Notes: a model not told the origin generated them from the sequence alone. Shown: positions 16,569 to 25,670, counted from the stretch's first letter. The stretch is DNA of 32,046 nucleotides from Flavobacteriaceae bacterium (GCA_019752245.1 JAIEMH010000249.1:1-32046), one strand, 5' to 3'. Program-made: numbers and translations.

Positions 16569-17930
16569 ATGAATTATTCAGAAAATATATTAGGAACTAT
16601 TGGTAACACACCATTAGTAAAACTAAACAAAGTTGTTCAAGGAATTGATGCTTTAGTTCTAGCCAAAGTAGAAACCTTCAATCCAGGAAATTCTACCAAA
16701 GACAGAATGGCATTAAAAATGGTAGAAGATGCCGAAGCCGATGGAAGACTAAAGCCAGGAGGAACAATCATTGAAGGAACTTCTGGAAACACCGGAATGG
16801 GACTTGCTCTTGCTGCAATTGTAAAAGGATACAAATGTATTTTTGTAATTACCGACAAACAATCCAAAGAAAAAATGGATATTCTTCGTGCAGTTGGTGC
16901 AAAAGTAATAGTTTGTCCAACCGATGTTGAACCAACCGATGAACGTTCCTACTATTCAGTATCAAAACGATTAGGAACAGAAATTCCAAATTCTTGGTAT
17001 GTTAATCAATACGATAATCCATCCAATGCACAAGCGCATTACGAACAAACTGGTCCAGAAATTTGGGAACAAACAGACGGAAAAATAACCCATTTTGTGG
17101 TTGGAGTAGGAACAGGCGGAACAATTTCTGGTATCGGAAAATATTTAAAAGAAAAAAATCCAAACATAAAAATTTGGGGAATCGATACTTATGGTTCTGT
17201 ATTTAAAAAATACCACGAAACTGGAATTTTTGACGAAAACGAAATCTATTCTTATATAACCGAAGGAATTGGAGAAGATATTCTTCCTAAAAACGTAGAT
17301 TTCTCACTTATTGACGGTTTTACAAAAGTAACCGATAAAGATGCTGCAGTTTATACTCGTAAAATAGCTCTTGAAGAAGGAATATTTGTAGGTAATTCTG
17401 CTGGTTCATGCGTAAAAGGATTACACCAATTAAAAGAACATTTCACCAAAGATGATGTTGTTGTTGTCTTGTTTCACGATTCAGGAAGTCGTTATGTTGG
17501 TAAAATGTTTAACGACGATTGGATGCGAGAAAGAGGTTTTCTTGACGAGGAAATCACAAAAGCCGAAGATGTAATTAAAGATCACATCGATAAATCATTG
17601 GTTATTGTTCGTACAGAAGAATTAGTTTCTCACGCTATTGACAGAATGAGAAAATACAAAATATCTCAAATTCCAGTAATAGATATAACTGGTTTTGTGG
17701 GTTCAGTAGACGAATCTGATTTGTTTCAAAGTTATGTTTCAGATAAAAATGTAGCTGATAAACCTATCAAAGAAGTTATGGGAAAACCTTACCCAATTGT
17801 AAAATTAGGAACGCCAATTGAAGAAGTGTCCAAGTTATTTACCAAAGACAATCAAGCTGTTTTAGTAGATTTAGGTAACGGAAAACACCACATTATAACA
17901 AAATATGATATTATTGGTTCGATTAAGTAA
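16569..17930 (+). CDS. Cystathionine beta-synthase / cysteine synthase family PLP enzyme with C-terminal CBS domains
   Basis: IGNTPLVKL, NPGNSTKDR (PLP lysine), TSGNTG, GVGTGGT, EGIGED, C-terminal CBS pair (ISQIPV, EVMGKPYP). Confidence 0.93.
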   Translation: MNYSENILGTIGNTPLVKLNKVVQGIDALVLAKVETFNPGNSTKDRMALKMVEDAEADGRLKPGGTIIEGTSGNTGMGLALAAIVKGYKCIFVITDKQSKEKMDILRAVGAKVIVCPTDVEPTDERSYYSVSKRLGTEIPNSWYVNQYDNPSNAQAHYEQTGPEIWEQTDGKITHFVVGVGTGGTISGIGKYLKEKNPNIKIWGIDTYGSVFKKYHETGIFDENEIYSYITEGIGEDILPKNVDFSLIDGFTKVTDKDAAVYTRKIALEEGIFVGNSAGSCVKGLHQLKEHFTKDDVVVVLFHDSGSRYVGKMFNDDWMRERGFLDEEITKAEDVIKDHIDKSLVIVRTEELVSHAIDRMRKYKISQIPVIDITGFVGSVDESDLFQSYVSDKNVADKPIKEVMGKPYPIVKLGTPIEEVSKLFTKDNQAVLVDLGNGKHHIITKYDIIGSIK

Positions 17931-17942
17931 TAGTATAAATAT

Positions 17943-17979
17943 AAAAAAAGAGTCAAGATTTATTTCTAGACTCTTTTTT
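17943..17979. terminator. Bidirectional intrinsic terminator
   Basis: AAAAAAGAGTC / GACTCTTTTTT between convergent genes. Confidence 0.8.
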
Positions 17980-17993
17980 CTTTCTGCTATATT

Positions 17994-19646
17994 CTAATTT
18001 CCAATCAAAACACCCGAAACATTCCAAGAGCTAAAACTAGTTCCTTCATTTGCTCCTTGCGGAATTTTTACCTGAAGTGTATGATTTCCTGCTTTCAAAT
18101 CGCCCAAATCAATATAAACTGGATTAGTAATCATTCCAGGACACCAATTCGAACGACTGTAATCAGAAGATGATAATCCGTTAGAAAAATTCCCAGATGC
18201 TGGATTGTACAACCTATAAGAACCGCAATCTTCTCGCCAAGGTGTAAAATGAAACACTTCTTTTTCGTCTAAGTAAAGTGTGTTTTGCTTCGGCACAAAC
18301 TCATCACCATTTTCCCAACCGCCGTGACCAGTAGTGATATATCGAAGTTTAGCATTTTTTAAATCTGTAGTCAAACGAAAATTCACAACCAAACCTTTAT
18401 CAGAATTAAATAAAGTGCCATATTCTTGTCCGGCCATTTCCATAACATTGGTCGAATTGAACAGCGAAATTGCCGTAGCAGATTTAGCAACAGCATTTTC
18501 TTCTTCAGGATGAATAGTGATGTTTACACTCACTTTGTGTCCGCCTTTATCATAATTTCCAATGAACGTTCCAATGTAAACTTCACGGTTATTTAACGCC
18601 GAGGTCAACTCGGAAATGTCTTGACGGTAATTCACACGTTCTTCCCAAACCTTATCTTTCTGTTGTAAATTGTTATACTGTTTTATTCCAAATGGTGTAA
18701 AAAAGCGCATCAACTCAATAAGTGGTTCATAATTTTCAGCAGTTACAATTCCTTGATACTGTTTTCCATTTCCGTTGTTATAGATAGGAAGTGATTTTAT
18801 TCCGTTTTGCAAACCATCCATAAAAGATAATTTTTTATCCATCGGAATCATAAAAACCGATCCTGTTCTGTCATAAGCATCACCGTTAGATTGTTCAGTA
18901 ACATCAATAAAAACTTGACTTCCTTTGGCAATAGTCGGAATTTTTACTTTCTTTACAATAACGGTTCCGTTTGCAAATCTCAAAATACTGTCATTAGATT
19001 TAGAAGCGTCTGAAAAATTTATAATTTCCTCTTTAAAAATCGAAACGGTTGTGAACCTACTTTTCCAAAGTAAATCTCTGTAAGTCAATATATCAGAAAC
19101 TTTTGAAGCTTCAATTTTTAAAACCGGAAATTGTTTTACTTTTTCAACTTTAGTAGCACTAACTACAAAATTGCCATTGCGAACCGTTTCTAAAACCAAT
19201 CCTAAATTTTGACCAAGAATTGATGGTGCGCCTTTTATTTTCAAATCGTTGGTGTACCACAATTCAATAGTATTGGAGTTGATAATTGTTTTTGCTTTTT
19301 TACAATTGTAACCTAATATTTTTTTGGTTTCAACAAGAAGTTCAAAATGTTGTTTGCCAATAGAAATACTGTCTTTTGTAGCAATAGTCTTTGAAGCACT
19401 CAAATTGGCAATTTGAAAATAGTTGGAGGTACTAATAAGCGTTTGCTCATAAGGAAATTTGGCTTTACTAGCCATTACAGATTCCGAGGTAATTATAGAT
19501 TGTTTTTCGTTTGAAAATACAAAAATTAAATCCTGATCTTCAATCAATTTTCCGTTAGAACTTTTGCTGTAAGTAATTTTATAATTGGTTTGACCAAAGC
19601 TCACCAAAGAAAGTAATACAAGTGCAACACAAAAACATTTTTTCAT
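17994..19646 (-). CDS. Peptide-N-glycosidase F-II-like protein (N-terminal GLPGLI-type domain + PNGase F domains)
   Basis: Signal peptide; KKILGYNCKKA..ELWYT..GLVLE (GLPGLI-like); GDAYDRTG, ELMRFFTPFG, TGHGG, DEF, SRSNWCPG (PNGase F motifs); ATG 19646. Confidence 0.88.
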   Translation of the reverse strand: MKKCFCVALVLLSLVSFGQTNYKITYSKSSNGKLIEDQDLIFVFSNEKQSIITSESVMASKAKFPYEQTLISTSNYFQIANLSASKTIATKDSISIGKQHFELLVETKKILGYNCKKAKTIINSNTIELWYTNDLKIKGAPSILGQNLGLVLETVRNGNFVVSATKVEKVKQFPVLKIEASKVSDILTYRDLLWKSRFTTVSIFKEEIINFSDASKSNDSILRFANGTVIVKKVKIPTIAKGSQVFIDVTEQSNGDAYDRTGSVFMIPMDKKLSFMDGLQNGIKSLPIYNNGNGKQYQGIVTAENYEPLIELMRFFTPFGIKQYNNLQQKDKVWEERVNYRQDISELTSALNNREVYIGTFIGNYDKGGHKVSVNITIHPEEENAVAKSATAISLFNSTNVMEMAGQEYGTLFNSDKGLVVNFRLTTDLKNAKLRYITTGHGGWENGDEFVPKQNTLYLDEKEVFHFTPWREDCGSYRLYNPASGNFSNGLSSSDYSRSNWCPGMITNPVYIDLGDLKAGNHTLQVKIPQGANEGTSFSSWNVSGVLIGN

Positions 19647-19664
19647 TTGAAGTATATTAATAAG

Positions 19665-19672
19665 CAAATATA
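19665..19672 (-). promoter_or_regulatory. -7 box TATATTTG for the PNGase gene
   Basis: Exact TAnnTTTG on the minus strand, 18 nt before ATG 19646. Confidence 0.65.
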
Positions 19673-19735
19673 CTATTTTTAAAAATTTGATTTTAGAATT
19701 TAAGTTTTGTAAATTGCATCAAATAAAAAATAAAA

Positions 19736-20224
19736 ATGACATTCACCGCGATAGATTTTGAAACCGCAACAGGACATCCAGAAAGTGTTTGCGCAGTTGG
19801 GATAGTGACCGTAAACGACGGAATAATTACCGATGAATTTCACACTTTAATTCAACCGCCAAATAACGAATATTGGTACAGAAATATTATGGTTCATGGC
19901 ATAAAACCTATTGAGACGTTAAACGAAAAAACATTTGATAGTGTTTTTCCAGAAATTCAAAAACGACTGTTCGGAAGAAAAATTGTAGCACACAACGAAG
20001 TTTTTGATAGAAATGTCTTGATGAAAACAATGAAATATTACGGTTTATATTACGACGAACTAGAAATTCCGATGCGTTGGGAATGCACTTGTAAAATATA
20101 TCGCGCCAAAGGTTATAAACCTGCAAATCTTAAAAATTGTGCTGATTTAAACAACATTCAACTCAATCATCACGAAGCATTGTCTGATGCTAGAGCTTGT
20201 GCAAAATTGTACATGTTGCGATAA
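19736..20224 (+). CDS. DEDDh 3'-5' exonuclease (DnaQ-like)
   Basis: AIDFETA, VAHNEVFD, HHEALSDA motifs. Confidence 0.93.
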   Translation: MTFTAIDFETATGHPESVCAVGIVTVNDGIITDEFHTLIQPPNNEYWYRNIMVHGIKPIETLNEKTFDSVFPEIQKRLFGRKIVAHNEVFDRNVLMKTMKYYGLYYDELEIPMRWECTCKIYRAKGYKPANLKNCADLNNIQLNHHEALSDARACAKLYMLR

Positions 20225-20257
20225 TTTATTACATTCGTTTTATATACATTTTTTTAT

Positions 20258-21529
20258 ATGAAAGAAGATTTTATCCATTATGTTTGGCAGTTCAAAAAGT
20301 TTGATTTTTCTAATTTAAAAACTACCCAAGGCGAAAACTTAACGATAATTAATTCGGGCAATTATTTGCAACTTGCTGGTCCTGATTTTTTTAATGCCCA
20401 AATAGTTTTGGATAATCAAAAGTGGGCAGGAAATGTAGAAATTCATATAAAATCTTCCGATTGGTATGTGCATCATCATGAAAAGGATACCACTTACGAC
20501 AGCGTAATACTTCATGTGGTTTGGGATCATGACACGCCAATTTTCAGAAAAGACAACACCGAAATCCCAGTTCTCGAGATTAAAAACTATGTTTATAAGT
20601 CGGAACTCGCTAAATACCAATCGTTAACAGCGCAGAAATCTTGGATATTTTGTGAAAATCAAATTAAAGATGTGCCTAATTTTGTGCTTTCCAATTGGCA
20701 AGAACGATTGTTTTTTGAGCGATTAGAACGAAAAGCTCAGCCTATCGAACAATTGCTTCAAGAAACAGAAAACGATTGGGAATCTGTTTTGTTTTCTATG
20801 CTTGCCAAAAATTTTGGGTTGAATACCAATGGCGAAATGTTTTTAAAAGTAGCCAAATCCATTACGTTTTCGCTTATTCGAAAAGAAGCTTTAGAGGTAA
20901 TGTATCTTGAGGCATTACTGTTTGGACAGGCCAATATGCTTCCAGAAAACGCAGAAGATAATTATCCAAAAGAATTAAAATCGTGGTACGATTATATTGC
21001 TTTAAAATACAAATTAGAAAAACCAACAATAGATCCAATTCAGTTTTTCAAACATCGACCAGATAATTTTCCTACTATAAGATTGGCACAATTGGCAATG
21101 TTATATCATTTGCATCGCAATTTATTTTCTAAAATCATAAGTGCAAATTCAATTCAAGAAATCTATGAAATCTTTAATTTGTCGGTAAGTGATTATTGGA
21201 AAACACATTACAATTTTGACAAATCAAGTCCTAAAAAAGAAAAATCGTTGTCTAAATCATTTATAGATTTGGTTTTAATAAATACAATTATTCCAATTCA
21301 ATTTGCTTACGCCAAAAGTCTAGGTAAAGAAATTTCAGAATCGTTAATAGATTTATTGTCAAATATTCCAGCCGAGAAAAACGCCATAATCGAAAAGTTT
21401 ACTACATTTGGTATTAAATCTAAAAATGCTTTTGAATCGCAAGCAGTATTGCAACTTAAAAATGAATATTGTAACCATAAAAAATGTTTACAATGTGCCG
21501 TCGGATTAGAACTTTTAAAAGATAATTGA
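20258..21529 (+). CDS. DUF2851 family protein
   Basis: MKEDFIHYVW, GPDFFNA, WAGNVEIH, SSDWYVHHH, VILHVVW, RPDNFPTIRLAQLA, C-terminal CxxxxCxxC. Confidence 0.9.
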   Translation: MKEDFIHYVWQFKKFDFSNLKTTQGENLTIINSGNYLQLAGPDFFNAQIVLDNQKWAGNVEIHIKSSDWYVHHHEKDTTYDSVILHVVWDHDTPIFRKDNTEIPVLEIKNYVYKSELAKYQSLTAQKSWIFCENQIKDVPNFVLSNWQERLFFERLERKAQPIEQLLQETENDWESVLFSMLAKNFGLNTNGEMFLKVAKSITFSLIRKEALEVMYLEALLFGQANMLPENAEDNYPKELKSWYDYIALKYKLEKPTIDPIQFFKHRPDNFPTIRLAQLAMLYHLHRNLFSKIISANSIQEIYEIFNLSVSDYWKTHYNFDKSSPKKEKSLSKSFIDLVLINTIIPIQFAYAKSLGKEISESLIDLLSNIPAEKNAIIEKFTTFGIKSKNAFESQAVLQLKNEYCNHKKCLQCAVGLELLKDN

Positions 21530-21750
21530 TGATAACTAATATACGCTACTTTTTTGAAAAACATGGGTTTCATGTTTCGTCACGACTTGCAGATAGGCTA
21601 GGTATGCGGGCCACGAGTGTTAGGTTATTTTTTATTTATATATCATTTGTAACTGTTGGTTTGGGCTTTGGTTTTTACCTTACACTAGCTTTCTGGATAA
21701 AACTTAAAGATTTAGTTAGAGCCAAACGAACATCTGTTTTCGATTTGTAA
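21529..21750 (+). CDS. PspC-domain membrane protein
   Basis: VSSRLADRLGMRATSVRLFFIY plus a hydrophobic helix; ATG overlaps the upstream stop (TGATG). Confidence 0.85.
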   Translation: MITNIRYFFEKHGFHVSSRLADRLGMRATSVRLFFIYISFVTVGLGFGFYLTLAFWIKLKDLVRAKRTSVFDL

Positions 21751-21772
21751 TAATTTTTGAAATGGTTTTAAA

Positions 21773-22666
21773 ATGATAGAAAAAGACGACATAAAATCCT
21801 TCTTTAATTTTTCTAAAGACCAACAAAAAGGAATTCTCTTTTTGTTTCTTATTATCATTGGTTTACAAGTTGGATATTATTTTATCGACTTCAATCCTGT
21901 CCATAAACCATCTCCAAAAGAACAAAATTGGCTTTCACTTCAAAGCACAATTGATAATTTAAAACTTCAAAAACACGAAGCCAGTTATAAAATGTATCCG
22001 TTCAATCCCAATTTTATAACCGATTTTAAAGGATATAAACTAGGAATGAAAGTAGAAGAAATAGATAGATTGCTGGCTTTTAGAAAACAAGGAAAATTTG
22101 CCAATTCACCAGAAGAATTTCAAAAGGTTACCGGAATTTCAGATTCGCTTTTAAATGCCATAGCTCCATTTTTCAAATTTCCAGATTGGGTCAATAAAAA
22201 GAATCAAGGTAATTACCAAAATTCCTATGCAAAATCCAATTGGAAAGAGTTTCCAAAGAAAGAAGCCCTGAAAGTTTTAGATATCAATCAAGCTACCAAA
22301 GAAGATTTGATGAAGGTTTATGGAATTGGTGATGCTATCTCTGACAGAATTTTAGCCCAAAAAGATACCTACGGCGGTTTTGTTTCTATGGAACAAATGA
22401 ATGAAATTTGGGGTTTGTCGCCAGAAGTTATTTCCAATCTTAATAAATATTTTAAAATCAATTCACTTCCACAAATTAAAAAAATCAATATCAACAATGC
22501 TTCTATCAAGGAATTAGGACAGTTTCCTTACTTCAAATACCCGATTTCTAAAAATATAGTTACCTATAGAAGTATGAATGGAGATTTAAAAATTGAGGAT
22601 TTAGCAAATATTAAAGCTTTTCCTGTTGATAAAGTAAAAATAATTGTCTTATATTTGGAATTCTAA
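21773..22666 (+). CDS. ComEA-like helix-hairpin-helix DNA-binding membrane protein
   Basis: N-terminal TM helix, FNPN, LDINQATKEDLMKVYGIG, ININNASIKEL repeats. Confidence 0.88.
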   Translation: MIEKDDIKSFFNFSKDQQKGILFLFLIIIGLQVGYYFIDFNPVHKPSPKEQNWLSLQSTIDNLKLQKHEASYKMYPFNPNFITDFKGYKLGMKVEEIDRLLAFRKQGKFANSPEEFQKVTGISDSLLNAIAPFFKFPDWVNKKNQGNYQNSYAKSNWKEFPKKEALKVLDINQATKEDLMKVYGIGDAISDRILAQKDTYGGFVSMEQMNEIWGLSPEVISNLNKYFKINSLPQIKKININNASIKELGQFPYFKYPISKNIVTYRSMNGDLKIEDLANIKAFPVDKVKIIVLYLEF

Positions 22667-22784
22667 AAAATAGATCAAAAATTAAGCGTAATTTATATGA
22701 AATCACCAATGTTAATATTCTTGCGAAAGCAAATTATATTATAGAAAGTGATATATTAGGTTGCTGCTAAAATAAAATTTACAT

Positions 22785-23954
22785 ATGAATTCATTATATT
22801 TCACAGAAGAGCACGAATCGTTTAGAAAAAGTTTACAAGATTTTTTACAAAAAGAAGTAGTACCACACATTGAAAAATGGGAAAAAACTGGTACAATAGA
22901 ACGCTTTATTTGGAAAAAATTTGGTGAAATGGGCTTTTTTGGTATCAACTATCCTGAAGCTTATGGTGGTTTAAACTTAGATTTGTTTTACACTGTAGTC
23001 TTTTTAGAAGAACTTCAAAAAATAAAATCTTCTGGTTTCGCTGCTGCAATGTGGGCACATGCATATCTTGCAATGACGCACTTAAATGCTGAAGGTGACG
23101 AAAGAATTAAACAAGATTATTTAGCGCCAAGTATATCTGGTGATAAAATAGGTGGTTTGTGTATTACAGAGCCTTTTGGAGGTAGTGATGTTGCCGGAAT
23201 GAGAACAACTGCTATTAAAAAAGGAGATAAATATATCATTAACGGTTCCAAAACATTTATTACCAATGGAGTTTATGCCGATTACTATGTAGTGGCCGCT
23301 AAAACTAGTCCAGATTTAGGGAATAAAGGAATTAGTATTTTTTTAATGGATACTAATCTAAAAGGAATTTCAGCTACAAAATTAGATAAACTAGGTTGGA
23401 GAGCATCCGATACAGCTGAAATTGCATTTGATAATGTAGAAATTCCAGAAGAAAATTTAATGGGTGAAGAAGGAAAAGGGTTTCCTTATATCATGCAACA
23501 TTTTGCTTTAGAGCGATTAATTATGGCTATAAATGCGCATGCAAGAGCTGAATATGCAATTGACTATACTATTGATTACATGTCGCAACGCGAGGCATTT
23601 GGTACTAAAATCAATAGATTCCAAGCATTAAGACACACAATGGTTGATCATGCAACTGAAGTTGAACATTGTAAAGTTTTCAATTATGCAGCTGTAGCAA
23701 GATTAAATCAAGGTGAGTATGTTGTTAAAGAAGCTACAATGGCTAAATTAAAATCTACTAAAGTAGCCGACGAAACTATTTATAGTTGTTTACAAATGTT
23801 GGGTGGTTATGGCTATATGGAAGAATACCCATTAGCGCGATTATTGAGAGATAGTCGTTTAGGTCCAATTGGTGGAGGTACTTCTGAAATTTTGAGAGAG
23901 ATTTTGTCAAAAATGATAATTGACAAACAAAATTATCAGCCAGCTGTGAAATAA
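22785..23954 (+). CDS. Acyl-CoA dehydrogenase
   Basis: ITEPFGGSDV, INGSKTFITNG, KLGWRASDTAE, QMLGGYGYMEEY, IGGGTSEI. Confidence 0.96.
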   Translation: MNSLYFTEEHESFRKSLQDFLQKEVVPHIEKWEKTGTIERFIWKKFGEMGFFGINYPEAYGGLNLDLFYTVVFLEELQKIKSSGFAAAMWAHAYLAMTHLNAEGDERIKQDYLAPSISGDKIGGLCITEPFGGSDVAGMRTTAIKKGDKYIINGSKTFITNGVYADYYVVAAKTSPDLGNKGISIFLMDTNLKGISATKLDKLGWRASDTAEIAFDNVEIPEENLMGEEGKGFPYIMQHFALERLIMAINAHARAEYAIDYTIDYMSQREAFGTKINRFQALRHTMVDHATEVEHCKVFNYAAVARLNQGEYVVKEATMAKLKSTKVADETIYSCLQMLGGYGYMEEYPLARLLRDSRLGPIGGGTSEILREILSKMIIDKQNYQPAVK

Positions 23955-23979
23955 TTCATGATTCATAATTCATAATTCA
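23952..23979. repeat. 7-bp tandem repeat (TAATTCA x4)
   Basis: TAATTCA TGATTCA TAATTCA TAATTCA. Confidence 0.85.
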
Positions 23980-23989
23980 AAATAATTAC

Positions 23990-23997
23990 TACTTTTG
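23990..23997 (+). promoter_or_regulatory. -7 box TACTTTTG for rpsU
   Basis: Exact TAnnTTTG. Confidence 0.7.
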
Positions 23998-24007
23998 CAC
24001 CCTTAAC

Positions 24008-24019
24008 GAGAGGAGGTGT
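24008..24019 (+). promoter_or_regulatory. Extended Shine-Dalgarno of rpsU
   Basis: GAGAGGAGGTGT ends 7 nt before the ATG; no comparable SD noticed at other genes in the window. Confidence 0.85.
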
Positions 24020-24026
24020 CTATATT

Positions 24027-24221
24027 ATGTTAATTATACCAATTAAAGACGGAGAAAATATCGATAGAGCATTAAAGCGCTATAAAAGAAAATTTGATAA
24101 AACAGGAACTGTTCGCCAGTTACGTGCACGTCAAGCTTTCATCAAACCTTCTGTATCTAATAGAATGAAATTCCAAAAAGCGGCTTACATTCAAAACATG
24201 AAAGACGGTTTAGAAAATTAA
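24027..24221 (+). CDS. rpsU: 30S ribosomal protein bS21
   Basis: MLIIPIKDGENIDRALKRYKRK...FIKPS. Confidence 0.98.
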   Translation: MLIIPIKDGENIDRALKRYKRKFDKTGTVRQLRARQAFIKPSVSNRMKFQKAAYIQNMKDGLEN

Positions 24222-24244
24222 TACTTAATTTTTCAAAAGATACT

Positions 24245-24293
24245 AATCGTTAGTAATTAAAGTTTCTTAACTTTGTTACTAACGATTTTTTTT
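24245..24293 (+). terminator. rpsU terminator containing a -7 box (TAACTTTG, 24268-24275)
   Basis: AATCGTTAGTAA / TTACTAACGATT stem, inner AAAGTT/AACTTT stem, T run. Confidence 0.8.
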
Positions 24294-24353
24294 ATGTCTT
24301 AATTTAATGGCGTCAAGCATCAAACTCAATCTTTATGTTAATTATTTAAAGCA

Positions 24354-25247
24354 ATGAATAATCTTATAGCTTTTCAAGATTACTTACAACTAGAAAAAAA
24401 CTATTCATTGCATACAGTTAATGCTTATGTAAATGATTTGCTTTTTTTTCAAGAGTTTCTTAAGAATAATTTTGATCAAGAAAATTTAGAAGATGTAAAT
24501 TATAGTATTATAAGAAGCTGGATAGTTTCAATGGTTGATAATGGTATTTCTAACAGTTCGGTTAATAGAAAAGTGTCCTCTCTAAAATCATTTTATAAAT
24601 TCTTATTAAAGATTAAACAAATTCAAAGCAGTCCTTTGTTAAAACACAAGTCTTTAAAAACTCCTAAAAAACTTCAAATACCTTTTTCGGAAAAAGAATT
24701 AGATAATGTCTTAAATAATATAAAATATCCTGATGGATTTGATGGTGTAAGGGATAAATTAATAATAGACCTATTTTATACAACTGGAATAAGAAGGACA
24801 GAACTAATTAATTTAAAATCACAAAACGTTGATTTGTCAAATAATACATTAAAAGTATTAGGAAAAAGAAATAAAGAGCGAATTCTTCCAATTTTGCCAA
24901 TTATTTCAAAACAAATTAAATTGTATTTATCGGAAGCAGCTCAATTAGAGCGTGTTATAGATAATGAATATTTTTTTTTAATGTTAAAAGGCGTTAAATT
25001 GAATGATTCCTTTGTTTATCGTTTAATAAATTATTACTTTAGTAATGTCTCCGAGAAGGTAAAAAAGAGTCCGCATATATTACGACATACGTTCGCGACT
25101 CATTTGCTTAATAATGGAGCAGATTTAAACTCAGTAAAAGAGTTATTAGGACATTCAAGTTTGGCGTCAACACAAGTGTATACGCATAATAGTTTATCAG
25201 AACTTAAAAAGGTATATGGAAATGCCCATCCAAGAAGTCAAAAATAA
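24354..25247 (+). CDS. xerC: Tyrosine recombinase, XerC-like
   Basis: YTTGIRRTEL, VLGKRNKER, HILRHTFATHLL, LLGHSSLASTQVY; housekeeping context between rpsU and hpf. Confidence 0.88.
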   Translation: MNNLIAFQDYLQLEKNYSLHTVNAYVNDLLFFQEFLKNNFDQENLEDVNYSIIRSWIVSMVDNGISNSSVNRKVSSLKSFYKFLLKIKQIQSSPLLKHKSLKTPKKLQIPFSEKELDNVLNNIKYPDGFDGVRDKLIIDLFYTTGIRRTELINLKSQNVDLSNNTLKVLGKRNKERILPILPIISKQIKLYLSEAAQLERVIDNEYFFLMLKGVKLNDSFVYRLINYYFSNVSEKVKKSPHILRHTFATHLLNNGADLNSVKELLGHSSLASTQVYTHNSLSELKKVYGNAHPRSQK

Positions 25248-25277
25248 TTCGAAAGTATAACCATTAATTTAAATATT

Positions 25278-25580
25278 ATGAAGGTAAATGTAAATGCGGT
25301 AAATTTTACAGTTGACAGAAAGCTAGTCGATTTTATTCAACAAAGAATGGATAAATTAGAGAAATATTATGATAAGATAGTTGCCTCTGATGTTTTTTTG
25401 AAAGTAGAAAACACAAGTGATAAAGAAAATAAAATAGTAGAAATCAAAATTCATGTTCCGGGAGACGACTTATTGGTTAAAAAACAATGTAAATCATTTG
25501 AAGAAGCTGTTGAGTTATCTGCGGAATCACTAGAAAGATTATTGGTAAAAAGAAAAGAGAAAATAAGAACGCATATTTAA
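25278..25580 (+). CDS. hpf: Ribosome hibernation factor HPF/RaiA
   Basis: 100 aa; KLEKYYDKI, VEIKIHVPG, SFEEAVE..ESLERLL. Confidence 0.92.
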   Translation: MKVNVNAVNFTVDRKLVDFIQQRMDKLEKYYDKIVASDVFLKVENTSDKENKIVEIKIHVPGDDLLVKKQCKSFEEAVELSAESLERLLVKRKEKIRTHI

Positions 25581-25624
25581 GAAAAAAATTTATGAAAAAC
25601 ATTTTGATTAAAAAATAAAATGTC

Positions 25625-25632
25625 TACATTTG
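25625..25632 (+). promoter_or_regulatory. -7 box TACATTTG for tRNA-Thr
   Basis: Exact TAnnTTTG with TTTG at 25603-25606. Confidence 0.7.
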
Positions 25633-25633
25633 C

Positions 25634-25661
25634 AGTCCGTTAGAAATAGCGGACTTTTTTT
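25634..25661 (+). terminator. Terminator after hpf
   Basis: AGTCCGTTA-GAAA-TAGCGGACT hairpin followed by a T run. Confidence 0.75.
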
Positions 25662-25670
25662 ATTGATATT

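Noticed and set aside
24354-25247. Tyrosine recombinase near a tRNA as the integrase of a genomic island
   Set aside because: Size and motifs fit XerC, it lies in the housekeeping rpsU-xerC-hpf block, and I saw no duplicated tRNA 3' end (att site) or cargo genes.
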